Assembly: GCF_964204645.1 (NCBI RefSeq)
Contig: NC_134025.1
Span: forward strand, 17,397,101-17,461,100
Direction: 5' to 3'
Source of the DNA: Tubulanus polymorphus
Taxonomy: Eukaryota; Animalia; Nemertea
DNA: 64,000 nucleotides
Numbering within the stretch: position 1 is the stretch's first letter; each line of letters starts with the position of its first letter. A program made the translations under genes and the position numbers. Positions 1 through 13,120 of this stretch are shown here, piece after piece. Under the pieces are notes generated by a model. It made no database searches. It had not been told where the DNA came from and saw nothing but the letters and a program-made list of their open reading frames with translations.

Positions 1-1402
1 GGTAACACTTCATATAAAATAAAATGTTTTATCTTTTCGCAAGATAACAAGCTAATTTTTTTACAATAACTTGAATCTTGAATAGTTCAGATGTTCCGTT
101 GTACATGTATCTAGGTTATGGTTTCCCGTGAACGTCGTAATTTTTGTTATAAGTTTAATGACTGCTACTCGCCAGATCATTACCTAAACAAGAGGCCCTG
201 AAGGTAAAAAAGAGAAAATATATGTTTTACTGATGCTTCTGTATTCCGTTGCCCTAGCAAACTAATTAGCCTAATGACCAAACATCGCGAGTTGCTAAAT
301 TACGCTAAATATTAAGTTCGTTCGTATCATCTCGAAATTTCAGCCTGGCCACCCTCGCTCAAGAAATGTTTTAGACGCCTGTACAATGTTCTACTATCAA
401 AATCATTGAAGAAACTGTTTTCATGCACTAACACGCATTGTAGCGACAGATAAGAAGACAAAGCAATTCAACCCACCGTTCATATCCCTATATCAGGTCT
501 TTAATTATGTTGTTATAACTTTTTTCGGAAATAATTCAGTAATTGCACATCCGCTAAAATAGCTTCAGGGACAGCCGAAAATGTGGAGAGCTCTCATTTG
601 CTCAATTGGCAAGCTGGTGCTGCCATCATTTATCGGTATTGCGCAATCGCAAGGCCAGTAAATCCATTGAGTAAAAATTGGAGGGGTGGAAGATAATTTC
701 TTTCTCCTAATAACCTATAGTAGCAAACGATATAGCTGAAAGAAGTTTGTATTCCGATTCAGCAGGCATTTTTTACAAACGAGGTCCAGTCATGAAAAAA
801 TGAAGGTCTTTTTATTGGATATACATTGTAATTCGTTAATTCATCAGGAGAAACTGAAGACTTACCTCCCTCCCTCGTACATGTACCATACCCGACGACT
901 GGTGGAAGTTAATACACTACGGTTTCTTCGAGTATCTTGACGTCGACGGTGCTCTTATTTCATGAGTCAGTGACCAAGTATAAAAATGTAACGTGCTTTT
1001 CCGCCATTTGTTTTCTTAACAGTAATCGTCAATACACAGCTTGATATTTTACGAAATGGATCTATTTTAGCGAGGATCCACCTGTCATTCTACGCAGTGT
1101 AAGGCGCATGCGCATCTGCTAATGATTATTCATGACTTAGGTCATTCCAGGTCAAGTCAAACTATATTAAAGCTAAGGAAATTTTCTAATTATCTAAAAA
1201 TTTACAGCTTAGATCAATCACATCGCAACGAAATTTGCACAATAGCGAGTGTTAAGCTATTTGAATCATCTGCAACAAGAAATACGACCGGGTCTATCAC
1301 CGTTTCAAAATGTGGCTTGTTAACATCACTTTCTAGCAATATTGGCACAAGACCAACTAGACCGTTGGCATAAGAAGCGAACCATAGGTTCGCTAAAAAC
1401 CA

Positions 1403-2031
1403 AACTGGCTTGCCAACAGAGCTATACTTGCTCCTCTTAATGAAACTGTCGATGAGATTAATGCCCAAGTGACAGCAGTTTTACCAGGAACAGCTATATC
1501 TTATGACTCTATAGACACTGCATTAACTGATGAGGAGGCAATACACTCTCCAGTTGAGTTTCTAAACACTCTAGATCTACCTGGAATACCTCCACACATA
1601 CTTATTCTGAAGACAGGTTCACCAATTATTGTCTTAAGGTCATTGAACCCACTAATGGCACTAGGTGTGTAGTGAGACAAATACTGCCTTATGTTATAGA
1701 AGCCACAATCATAACAGGCCCAGCAGCTGGTACATATACTTTCATTCCCAGAATACCACTTATTCCAACAGTCGGTGATCTTCCATTTCAGTTCAAACGT
1801 CTCCAATTTCCTGTGCGTTCATCATTTGCAATGACAATAAACAAATCTCAGGGCCAAACTTTTGAAAATGTTGGCCTAGACCTCTCGCATCCTGTCTTTT
1901 CTAATGGTATGCTGTATGTTGCTCTTTCTCACGTAGGATCTGCTTCTGCCATAACAGTTTATCAGCCACAGACTACATCTAACAGCAGCCATTACACTCG
2001 AAATGTCGTTTACCAAGAAATATTTCTATAA
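1403..2031 (+). pseudogene. Helitron Pif1-family helicase C-terminal fragment (frameshifted near 1650)
   Basis: Translates to NWLANRAILAPLNETVDEINAQV...PVEFLNTLDLPGIPPHILILKTGSPIIVLRSLNP, then QFPVRSSFAMTINKSQGQTFENVGLDLSHPVFSNGMLYVALS: Pif1/Helitron helicase C-terminal motifs, split over two frames. Confidence 0.9.
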
Positions 2032-2320
2032 GATGGTTAATTTAACTGATGTTTACCCAAATGCCCTCATTTTTTTATCTATGAATTTTAGCAAATAGTG
2101 TTACATCTCAACGCAATGCATTATTTCGATTAATTATTCCATTGCATACATTGTATTAACATCGTTTTCAATGATAGTTTGTTTCAATCTTAAATAAAAT
2201 CAATATAATAATTTTGTTCAAACACTTATGTCGTATCTCCATTACCTTCAGAACTGCTTTCTAGATCTCATTCTTTCATTACAATCCAAACTCCCGTCCA
2301 TTGGACGGGTATTTAGCTAG
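1403..2320 (+). mobile_element. Helitron 3' portion with canonical terminus
   Basis: Hairpin cccgtcca-t-tggacggg (2293-2309), then CTAG at 2317-2320 followed by T, downstream of the helicase fragment; 5' end not located. Confidence 0.85.
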
Positions 2321-2434
2321 TTTAAATATAATTGATTGCACCATTTATTAGTGGAGCGGATCTAGACTGTTTCCCAGATCCAGGCCCAGGTACCAGTCTA
2401 CACCTTTCACCCCACGATTTTATGCTTGGCTTAC

Positions 2435-2584
2435 CTGTAAAGTTGTAAGGTGTTTGTCATTGAATTTATTTTCCACATAACGAAGCACCAAAGAAGTTTT
2501 GCCAACAGCTCCTTCACCCAGTAAAACGACCTTGAAAGAGAAACTCGCACGACTGGCCGTGGAACTGGCAGCAGCATTAGCCAT
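2435..2584 (-). CDS. RAB21: Rab21 small GTPase, first coding exon (rest of gene presumably left of the window)
   Basis: MANAAASSTASRASFSFKVVLLGEGAVGKTSLVLRYVENKFNDKHLTTLQ followed by a GTAAG donor; P-loop GEGAVGKT and the Rab21-type NKFNDKHxTTLQ. Confidence 0.92.
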
Positions 2585-4278
2585 ACCTCTTTTCTCTACT
2601 AGTACTAGTCACTTAGGCCTGTGAAATTAAGGAATCAGTTTACTGTCACGCACCTTATCAGTGTTCTCCATTGTATTGATTTCTCAGGGGCAGGAGATAA
2701 TAATTAGTGCAGATCTCAATCTCTGTCACACAGAAACATAGCAGCAAGCGCCACAGGCGCAAAGCCCCAGTAGTAGGGTTTCGGCTCGCCCCCAAAAAGA
2801 TTTGAACTAGGGGTCCAGGAACACCATGTCCACTTGGATCGTGGTTTCAAATGCTCAACAATCTAAGAATTCAATAGGCCTATTCAACACCCCCTGGTGA
2901 CCATATACTGAAATCAATGACGTTTGAGTAACCACAATTTTAGATAATAATACTAAATTATTCTACTATTCAACGCTTCTGGTGACCATATACGCTACAA
3001 ACCCTTTCACTTGAACCTCACCACAATCATGTCATGAGCTACAATATTGAAATTTATTGTTCTAACAAAATATACCGAGATACCATGGAAATACTAAGTA
3101 CTATTATACGCCCCAGGTCACCACACTACAATTCCTGCATGCTAATGGGTTAATCATTTGAAAAAAAGTAAGTTTTCTCCAAACATTTAATTCAATCAAA
3201 TCCAATTTTCATTCTGTATTTTTCTGGAAAATACTCAAGGAAGCTATGATCACTTCCATATTGATTGATCTTAAAAATTAATATATTTTATATACGATTG
3301 TATATTCTATTTTCCTTCAACCTTTCATTTATGCTGGTAAAATCAGTAGGCCTACTCCAACCAATTCAACCCTTACAATACCACTACCTTATGTGATACG
3401 GTATCACTTAACCCTTCTTCCAGAAGGGCATATCTATCAGTATCAGCCGGTGCTGCCATCTGCATAAAATCCAAGATGGCAACAGCCAGGAAAAAACAAT
3501 TTGGCTGGATGAAACGGTTCAGCCGCTCGTATATGATGCTGAAAGTGATGCTTGCGACTTGGAATTTGGTAGTGAACAAATTGAGAGTGACAACGAATAT
3601 GATAGCAGCAGTTCAGATGATGAGACTTAGTCAGAAAATAGGTTTATAGTGCCGGCTATGATTTTGATGATGAAAAATGAAATCAGTGACAATTTTTTTA
3701 GACCCTGTTGATACGGTTGTCATGGCAACGGACACCATTAACAATAATGAAGAACCAGAAACTGTCCATCCTCAAGGTCACATATATCCAAATAATTTGT
3801 CTTATTCGTAAGCCCAATGGTTATCAACACCATGGTATACAATGTATCAGCGTCAAATACATAGGTTACAATTTTCTGAGGCCTGAAATTATACCCCAAT
3901 GAAACCCCTTACATCCGGCCTTCCGACATATCGGTGGAGAAGTTGGTAAATGAGTGAAAAAATAAATTTTCTAGTTGTTCTATTGCTTAGAAATTTTTAC
4001 TACATAAAGTAAGGATATATGGCATACTATTTCAGTTGGAATTGAATAGATCAGTGCATTTTGCTAGGAGACAGAGCAGTTTATCTGAAACTTTTTCGTG
4101 AATTTTTTTCAAGGCGGCCATCTTGGAGTATGTGACCTTGAACTTCAAGTTCACTTATATCCAAATTATTTATGTCTACATCGTTGGCCCATAAGTTATC
4201 AACAACATGCTATATAAATTTTCTTTGTCAGATACCTTGGTAACTATTCTATGAAGTTTCAAATATACCCCTATAAAC

Positions 4279-6655
4279 CGGTTCCTGAACTTCGCTGAAA
4301 AAGCTGAATCACTGAAACGCTGAAACGCTGAAATAAAAACGCTGAAATTTCAGGGAATTTCCGAAAAACGCCGAAATTTCAGGGAATTCCCGAAAAACGC
4401 TGAAATCGTGCTAGGTACCAACAATACACGTTTTGAAATATTTTCCGGGCCGGTGTCCGCTGCCGAGTCCTGAACCGTGTTTTAGTCTCTACCTTCGGTT
4501 ACAGAGACATGCATGGACAGTATGTGTGGAGTATACTTCTAGAGGGCCACTTGTTGGACAAATTAATTCGCTTGAAATCCGGATTTTTAATGCATACAGG
4601 CAGCATAATGAGGAAAAACCATTCACAAACCGTGCAAGCCAACTTAAACACTATGCTCAATATTCCCTGCAAGACGCAAAATATCTTATTTGAACGTTCA
4701 TGTATAAAACATGCAGCAACTTTTCTTTTGTCAACACGTTGATGGGCGACGGACTATGTCACTATGGTATTCTCTGAAGGAGGTAAATTAAATTTGACGG
4801 CTAGTTATATAAATGATGCAGCTTTTGGACAAAAGGGATCTAACTAAATTTCTTTTTAATTCACTGTGGAATGGAATGGAATGGATTGACGCCAATGGCA
4901 TGCAGTAGGCCCCTACGTATGGGTCATACTGATTAGCGTCAACCAATTAATCTAAATCGGGCTAACCATTCAACAACTGTGAATAATTTGTTTGCTGTGG
5001 CGTGATAATAATTAGTTTTTTTGAAGAAATGACATACCAACTGTTAGAAAAATGTACCGATTCTTATTTTTAGACTACTACTGAATCTATAAAAGGAGGA
5101 GTCATAGACAAAGTTGATTTGCTTAGCTGGTGACACTTCTTGTCAAGTACATCATCTCAAGTACTGGGTGTTTTGTAAGTTTAATTTCAGTATTTATTTA
5201 CTAAGTGCTGTTCTCTCGGACCTCAGTGCTTTCAAACTAGGCCCACCCCATAGGCTATATAGTCCAGGGTGTATTAGCCACTATTCTTTTATATCCGACT
5301 AAAATGCACCTTTTTCTATTTTTAGATTCAGGCTTAGAATGTGCAAATTTTTTGAGATACTGAGAAATCAGATGGCACCAGTAAACTTCAACTGCGAAAT
5401 TTGCAGCAGGATAGCTGAACGACACAATTTTTAAAAATAAAATGGCTATTCGAATGCTATTTCAATAATAACTTGATTCAACCTGAGAGAAATAAGTCAA
5501 TTGCGGATGTACAGTACACCCACTTTTCTTCCCTGTTTCCTGGTACCAAATTTTTAGTCTTAAGCTAAGCGATATTCTAAGGTATACTAGTGGATTTCAT
5601 TAGAATATGAAGCAATGGAACCAGAATTCTAGCCAGAGTTAAGCGAACTATTGATTCTGATATAATGTAAGAACTGATTTCCTTTGTATACTCTTGCAGA
5701 ATGTGTTATGTTTTATTTCAAGCTGTTAAATAATATAGTTAGACAAATGTCCAATTATTGGATCTTTCTTGTTGACTCGTTTAATTTTGTGAGTTAAGAG
5801 TTCCAGTCAATCCACAATGTGCAGTGCCTAGCCTTCATCTACACTAAAGCCAAGCCTGTGTATGGGAAAAAAATATCGTTCGACTCCTATAGGCCAGACA
5901 CATCAAAGCATGCAATACATTGCAGATAGTAGTCTCCGGCAAGTCGAAAGAGAAAGTGAACCAGGTTTTACCCTGTACCCTACCCGGGAACAAAGACACT
6001 TAAAGATTCCTTCCTCCTTGTAGAAATTGTAGAAATATGGCACCCAATTGTAGCAATGCTAAGTACAGTATACTATGACGGTTGAACCTTTCTTAACGAA
6101 TTTCAATGACACCGAAAATAGAATCAAAATAATCATTAGTTCCATGCTAGCACTTAATTTGGGTTATCAGGTTCAGCCTAACTGTACTTTCATTCAGCTA
6201 CTACTTGTATGAGACTTGGTAATGATAAGTTGCAAGAAATCACCAAACATAAGAAAAAATATTGTGAATTAATATTACTGTGATTAAGAATTTATTCAAA
6301 TGAAGTGATAACTTCATTGTTAGATCGTACCGGTATATGCACATAAAACTATGGCAAAAAACACATCTAACAATCCACGCAATCCGCAATCGATCAAGTC
6401 GATCATGACGACGACCTTAAGGCATGTCTCTGTAACCGAAGGTAGAGCATAAAACACGGTTCAGGACTCATCAGCGGACACCGGCCCGGAAAAAATTTCA
6501 AAACGTGTATTGTATGTACCTAGCACGATTTCAGCGTTTTTCGGGAATTCCCTGAAATTTCGGCGTTTTTCGGAAATTCCCTGAAATTTCAGCGTTTTTA
6601 TTTCAGCGTTTCAGCTTTTCAGTGTTTCAGCTTTTTCAGCGAAGTTCAGGAACCG
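4279..6655. mobile_element. Non-autonomous Mutator-like (MULE) DNA transposon, complete
   Basis: ~235-bp TIRs (cggttcctgaacttcgctgaaaaagc...) with internal gctgaaa repeats; perfect 9-bp TSD cctataaac (4270-4278 / 6656-6664); no intact ORF. Confidence 0.88.
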
Positions 6656-6704
6656 CCTATAAACCCCTAAATTCCCTCCGGTACAGCAGCGGAGACACTA
6701 TGTG

Positions 6705-7325
6705 CAGAGCTGCCAACTTCAGAAAGATGTTGTCAGTACAATTTTTTGAGTTTGTCAGTATTTTCTTGATGTTTTTATGATCATCAAAGATTTTAGTTTT
6801 TGGTCCTAATGATAGCGGTTCTTATTCTAAATCTAATTGCTCTATTAATTCATAGCCCCTTATTACAGTTTATGATTCATAAAGGTCTTATTTTACTCGT
6901 AATTTAAAGCTTTTATTATCCTTGAATTAAATCATAAGACGCGCGCCAGAGCTCTCCGCCATGTCTCAGTAGTGTTACGATACAGCGCATGTATTAAAAG
7001 CCATATATGTTCTCTATTGATCACTGCAACTACAGCAGGGAAGTGTGTCTGTGTGTGAGACTATAGTATTACAAAAGCATTGAACACTGCACTGGCTGCT
7101 TGCCAACAGGTGTTGAAAGATGAAACAATACTGACTGGAATAATGACTGTTGATAAGATGAATAGCTGATAGCATTCCACTACTAATTGTAGGCCCACTA
7201 TTGACTATTGAGTCAATTATTTTATCAACTTTCAGAATTCTATTCAAGACCATACTAAATAGAGCGTACACAATAGGCCACTGCCACATGAAAATATGGA
7301 GAAACCGTATGGGTTGGCAGCTCTG
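6705..7325. mobile_element. hAT-like MITE
   Basis: Perfect 13-bp TIR cagagctgccaac / gttggcagctctg; flanks tatgtg / tgtgtg (6-bp TSD with one mismatch). Confidence 0.7.
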
Positions 7326-7334
7326 TGTGTGGTA

Positions 7335-7638
7335 TTGAAAGGGTTAAAGGCCCTTAGTGTAGGCATTTGGTTACTGGCTCGAAAAATAGCAAATTTCTTA
7401 ACAAGCAGCCTGTCGGCTAATACAGCTCCGCTGTTCTATGATAAGATTTTATAAGCACGTCCTACACGCCTCGCTCAAGTGTTCAATTGAAAGGGTTAAA
7501 GGCCCTTAGTGTAGGCATTTGGTTACTGGCTCGAAAAATAGCAAATTTCTTAACAAGCAGCCTGTCGGCTGATACAGCTCCGCTGTTCTATGATAAGATT
7601 TTATAAGCACGTCCTACACGCCTCGCTCAAGTGTTCAA
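7335..7638. repeat. Tandem duplication, 2 x 152 bp
   Basis: ttgaaagggttaaaggcccttag...caagtgttcaa at 7335 and 7487, nearly identical. Confidence 0.9.
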
Positions 7639-8265
7639 TAGCCCGCTGGGACTAAAGTCCCAAGTGGGCTAAAAATGATCGGGAGTTTATTTACTATGGC
7701 TTTCTGAGACTGTCAGGTTCACACGCTCAATTTCATTACCGCTATCAATTATTGTATAAAACACAATCTCATAGTTACTTAGTAACCTCTATACGTCAAC
7801 AATTGTATAATTTCGCGGGAGCGCATACTGAACTGCCAGTGGTAGATCCTATAAATATCCAGGGATTTCCCCGTGTGTTTAAGAAATCAATAATTTTTTT
7901 CAACCAGATGTTTTGGCGGGATTTCAGAGGGGATCCATGGTCCAAGTCAATTGACATCATCTCTGTGAAAAACGCTATAGGCCTACACGCAGTAATCGCA
8001 CCAACTGAATGATGATTCATCCTGAATATACAGTGGGTTTTCCCCAGTGACTCAAATAGACTCCTACTGTACAACATAGGTCTCTAAGGATAAATAAATT
8101 GCCCATGGGCAAAGTGTGGTTTACCTTGAAAGCTAGAGGTTTTTTGACGGGAATACGGGGCGTAGTATTGGATGATTTTAAATCCTGGAATTTCCCACTT
8201 CAATTTTCAGACCTCGACCTATACCTATAGTTTGCTGCTTTTCAGGTCACAAGAAATTACAATGA

Positions 8266-8335
8266 GCCCGATAGTCTAGTGGAAAGACGCTCGACTAGCA
8301 ATCTTCTGTTCCGGGTTCGAATCCTGCTCTATGCT
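8266..8335 (+). repeat. tRNA-derived SINE head or tRNA pseudogene
   Basis: Pol III A box tagtctagtgg and B box ggttcgaatcc at tRNA-like spacing; acceptor stem does not pair well. Confidence 0.55.
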
Positions 8336-8458
8336 ACTATTTTCTCTAACTCTGTTCTCCACACTTTCCTTGAATTTTCAAAGTTGTGCACCTCAGTGCG
8401 CATGCGCGGCGTCAATTAGCCAATCAGAACACGCCATTGGCAAAATAGCATTAACAGG

Positions 8459-10280
8459 AACAAGAGCCCCAAGGGGCACAATGGCCAGCCTGTCAGATTT
8501 GCTTTTTATAAATGATGTAATCTGTGGGTTATATTTATCAATATACACTCCCTGCTCAATATCATTTACATAGTAAAATCGTGTGTTAACACAGACAGCA
8601 AGAACGAATGTAATATAGAAATACTAAGTTAATGTATTGTTCAACGCCCCTGGTGGCCATATACAAAAACAAATGAGCTTGAAACTCACCAAGATCATAG
8701 ACCATGTCATGAGCAGAGGTACCAAAATTCCGGAATATAGAACGGGGGTGTTTTTGCGTTTTTGCATCGCCGGAAATGCGTTCAAGAGCGATCTGGGTAT
8801 CTGAAAATACGACGGCAGGCATTCGTTGTGCTTCACATCCCTCACTGCTTATGCCCCGCGCTATCCGGGTGACGAAGAATATCTTTTTTTCCCGCCACTA
8901 CCGTATTTGACCTGGTCTTTACAAACGACGCAGTACGCCACGCCAGCTAAGTCTAACTTACGAATGTAGTTCGATATGTAGTCCCCGTTACTGTCCTTAC
9001 ACTCTAGCCAGTGCCAGTTAAATTTATTTGTTATACCGCTGTCAATTGCCTTTATATCGGCCGACTCCCGACTGACAATCTTTCTGTGCGGGCTCATTTT
9101 GCAGACCGTCCCGCTTGACAGCTGCAGGCAAAAAGAAAGTTTCAAAGCTGCGTGCCTCAGGACATAGCACGCACGTGGTAATAATTAAGATGATATTTAT
9201 TAGATATCATCTTAATTAGTACCACGTACATCTTCACATTGTTGGCCGTCAGCGGGACGATGTACAACGGCGCGTAAAGATAATTGACTATTAATTGGAA
9301 ATGGCGTCACAACAGTGGCGCTCCGCCTATGCGCGCGCACAGATACCACAAAAAGCACACATATATATATTGTAGCAGAACGTCCTCGGAAACAGGGACC
9401 AAGATAAAATAACACAGAAGCGACGACGAGTACAAGCAAACGAACGCTTTTACGGTCCGTGCCATTACTGGTCGCCGCGAGGAATTCTCACCCAATTTCC
9501 GGAATTGACATCGGCGATACTAAATTTCCGGAATTCCGGATATTTCCGGAAAACTAGCATCTCTGCATGAGCTACAACTTTCCAATTGATTGTGGTAGCA
9601 AATTATCCATAGGTACAAATGTAATATAGAAATACTAAGTTATTGTATTGTTCAACGCCCCTGGTGGCCATAAACAAAAACTAATGAGCCTGGAACTCAC
9701 CTCGATCATAGAACATGTCATGAGCTACAACTTTCCAATTGATTATGGTAGCAAAATATGCTTAAGTATCAATATGATGTGGAAAAACTTTTTTTCCACC
9801 TACGAATGAGTACTCATGACCCCAAGATGGCCGCCAATTGCGTCATAATTGCCTGGTCAAAAATACCCTCTCGGATATAAAAGATTCCTTTCCAAAGAAT
9901 ACCCATTACAAATTGCAATGAAAAATGGCACACCATTAGAAAGCTACAGGACTCAGAATTCAGGCCAAAATTGACATTTTTGGGAACAAAAAAGGTCAAG
10001 GACGGCCATCTTGAGTCCGATCGACCCAATTTTTCTCATGCCGATGGGCTCTTGGGGGATACAAATATATACGAATGATCAAGGTTATTGATAAAAGTGT
10101 CTTCAAAATTTCCCTCGAAAACTTCAAAAATGTGTAAAAAGTGATTTTGGCAAACAACAATGGCTGCCAGTCGGCCATCTTGAATCTGACAGGGCCAGTT
10201 TTTGGCCTGAAGATGTGTCTAGGGTAGATACACGTATAAACCAAATATCAAGACATTACCTTGAAGCGTCTTCAAAACTT
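8459..10280 (-). mobile_element. Truncated HINE-like element interrupted by a hAT derivative
   Basis: Repeat units (caacgcccctggtggcca...) and the 9780-10280 body match 12300-13010 of the intact copy. Confidence 0.7.
8714..9565 (-). mobile_element. Internally deleted hAT-like transposon with 6-bp TSD
   Basis: Ends cagag...ctctg; catgag duplicated on both sides; subterminal ttccgga repeats; ORF remnant NKFNWHWLE...IRKLDLAGVAYCVVCKDQVKYGSGG (8861-9145) resembles a hAT N-terminal Zn finger. Confidence 0.65.
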
Positions 10281-11835
10281 TGGAACTCTCACGAACTATC
10301 TAGATGGTTATCTCTCGACCTCAATAGCTTCAAGACCCATCTCAAAACAACTTTGTTCCATACAGCATACCATTAACTCTCGAAAGCGAATTGGATTTAA
10401 CATTTTTTTGGCAGAATAAAATTTGATTGAATTTGCAATTCGAGCACATGGCTAATTAGCATATCAAGGTCATACACCCGATTTGGTAAAACATATTTTT
10501 TCGCGAACCTTGCGCAATTGTCAAGGATGAATTTTCTGTAGAGCAAAAAAAATTCCTCCCAAACACCAAATCAACTAAAGATTTCATAGAAATCGATCTT
10601 GAAATACAATTTCAAATCTTAAAATAAAACCCGGAAGTAAAACAGTAGACGATACCGCGGGTTCACGTGAACACCTGATTTCTGTAAACGAAATGTTGGT
10701 TGTGACAAAATTGTTCAGACGGTTTTAGGTGGTAATTAGTACGGAAACGTAACGACCATGGTCGACTTATTCGATGAAATCAGGCCTATGTGATATCCAA
10801 ATTTAGACCTCCCCGATATAGAAATAAAAAATTTTGGTGGTACGAAAGTGCAATCACAGCGCCGACGGCGTCAGAGATCGGCGGAGTGAAAATTGAGGTC
10901 AACGAACACGAAGAAGTAGGCTATTGCGCTACTTGAATCGCGAAAACTCCTGGCGCGGCCCCGACGCTTTTGGTTGATTAAGTAATACAAATATCACGCA
11001 ATGGGTTTCCACAAAGGCACAATCTACCGCCGGTATTTACCAGATTTCAATATCACTCCAAAATTCAAAGAAACCTCGAAATATCGAACCGGAACACTTC
11101 CGGTAGATATCCGCGGCTGCCCAACGGGGAAACTTATTTGTTTCAATAGATATTGATAGGATCCATCATCTTCACCCATCAAGGGATTCGAACCCACTAA
11201 GCTTAAGCCGTGCCAGAATCAGGTCGGGCCAATCACAGCGCTTGTAACAAACCACATTAGGCTTCTGTGGAATTTCCCAGTAAATGGGCCAATCAGCGAA
11301 CACGTAGCGAACGCGGAAGTATTGTCGCGTGTTGATACATGATGCCATGCGCAAAAGCGCCAGTAATGAAATCACGATAATTCACGTGAACAGCTGCTGA
11401 TATTTTCAGATAAACCAATCACAGAGAAGACACAACTTCCTGATTGGCTGATAAAAATTGAAATTTTCCCGATTTAACTTTCGTGAAAAATGCAGAAAAC
11501 ATTTTTATGAAACCCTATTTCAAAATTCTGCTCGCTACGATTCCGAGAATGGATTACGCTTAAATAAGTGATTTGTTCGAAAAGGAACTCACTTGGTAAG
11601 CATAAGAGCCTTTTGTGTGGAAACCATGTCATTTAAATTCGCTCCATTTGTATAGTAATAGGCTCAGCCTACGGCTGGCCTAATAATGCCGCATTGGCAA
11701 AATATCCACTGCCTAAATAATAGACGGACGCCGGGCGCCTCAGGTACCCGGAGGACGTCCCTTTGGTAAATGCGTATATGTGGATACTACAAAGTGTCTT
11801 TTTTTACCGAATCTGACTTACTGACGAAGTCAGAA

Positions 11836-13120
11836 AACTAGGGGTCCAGGGACACCATGTCCACTTGGGAAGTGGTTCCAAATGCTCAACAATCTAACAA
11901 TTTCAATATTCAACGCCCCCTGGTGACCATATACAGAATCCAATGACCTTGAAACTCACCACAATCATAGAACATGTCAGCAGCTACTATTTTGTAATTG
12001 ATTGTGATAACAAAATATGCCTCGTTACCACTTTAATATGGAAATACTAAGTTATTCTACTATTCAACGCCCCCTGGTGACCATATTCAAAACCCAATGA
12101 CCTTGAAACTCACCACAATCATAGAACATGTCACGAACTATAACTTTGTAATTGATCATGGTAACAAAATATGCCTAGGTACCAATATAATAAGGAAATA
12201 CTAAGTTATTCTACTATTCAACGCCCCCTGGTGACCATATAGAATAACTAATGGCCTTAAAACTTGCCACAATCATAGATGATGTCATGAGCTACAACTT
12301 TGCAATTGATTGTGGTTACAAAATATGCATTGATACGAATATAGGCCTAATATAGAAATACTAAGATATTGCATTATTCAACGCCCCTGGTGGCCATAAA
12401 CAAAAACCAATGACCTCGAAACTCACCACAATCATAGAACACGTTATGAGCTGCAACTTTCTAACTAATTGTGGTAACAAAATACGCTTATGTATCAATA
12501 TAATGTCGAAAAACTTTTTCCCCTTACGAATGAGTACTGCTGACACCAAGATGGCCGCCAATTGCGTCATAATTGGCTGATGAAAAATACCTGCCTCAGG
12601 TATAAAACATCCCTTTCCAAAGAATACCTATCACAAATTGCAATGAGAAATGATAAACCAGTAGGAAGCTACAGGACTCAGAATTTGGGCCAAAATTAAC
12701 GTTTTTGGGCACTAAAAAGGTCATAGGACGGCCATCTTGAATCTGATCGACCCAATTTTTGTTATGCTGATGGGCCCTGGGGGAATTCACATATATCCGA
12801 AAGATCAAGGTAATTGATCAAAGCGTCTTCAAAATTTCCCTCAAAAGTTCAAAAATGTGTAAAAAGTGCTGATTTTGGCGAACAACAATGGCTGCCAGTC
12901 GGCCATCTTGATTCTGACAGGGCCAGTTTTTGGGCTGAAGATGTGTCTAGGGTAGATACATGTGTAACCCAAATATCAAGACATTACCTTGAAGCGTCTT
13001 CAAAACTTCCCAAAATAAATGGATTCCGTCTACGGACGGACGGACGGACGAACAGAAGGACGACGGACGAAAAGTGAACGCAATAGCCCGCTGGGACTAA
13101 AGTCCCAAGTGGGCTAAAAA
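11836..13120 (-). mobile_element. Intact HINE (non-autonomous Helentron/Helitron2)
   Basis: Subterminal inverted repeats (ccacttggg / cccaagtgg), terminal hairpin, (ggac)n microsatellite at 13034-13050, ~4 internal 154-bp repeats, A/T-run flanks, no TSD. Confidence 0.8.
11907..12500. repeat. 154-bp tandem repeat array inside the HINE
   Basis: tattcaacgccccctggtgacc recurs at 11907, 12061 and 12215, with a variant at ~12376. Confidence 0.9.

Larger units (their letters stand above)
3370..7343 (+). mobile_element. piggyBac-like relic carrying nested MULE and hAT-like insertions
   Basis: TIRs cccttacaatacca / tggtattgaaaggg, flanked by TCAA (left, mutated) and TTAA (right); degenerate acidic coding stretch near 3540-3690. 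Confidence 0.6.
2805..7675 (-). mobile_element. Helentron-associated non-autonomous element (HINE/DINE-like) expanded by nested insertions
   Basis: Same two ends as the intact copy at 11836-13120: aactaggggtccagg at 2805 and caatagcccgctgggactaaagtcccaagtgggctaaaaa ending at 7675; degenerate repeat units at 2880-3130. Confidence 0.6.

Noticed and set aside
866-1007. Possible minus-strand exon (ATGGCG...GAG|gtaagt)
   Set aside because: In-frame stop and no recognisable homology; cannot be supported.
4433-5302. Short ORFs duplicated at 44175-45044 (likewise 22462-23345 / 27723-28663, 9814-10244 / 12596-13077 and 16318-16509 / 53474-53665)
   Set aside because: They recur only because they lie in repeated elements; they have no recognisable domains, and some are antisense to real TE coding sequence.
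8266-8335. Functional tRNA gene
   Set aside because: A and B boxes are present but the cloverleaf stems are poor; SINE-like.
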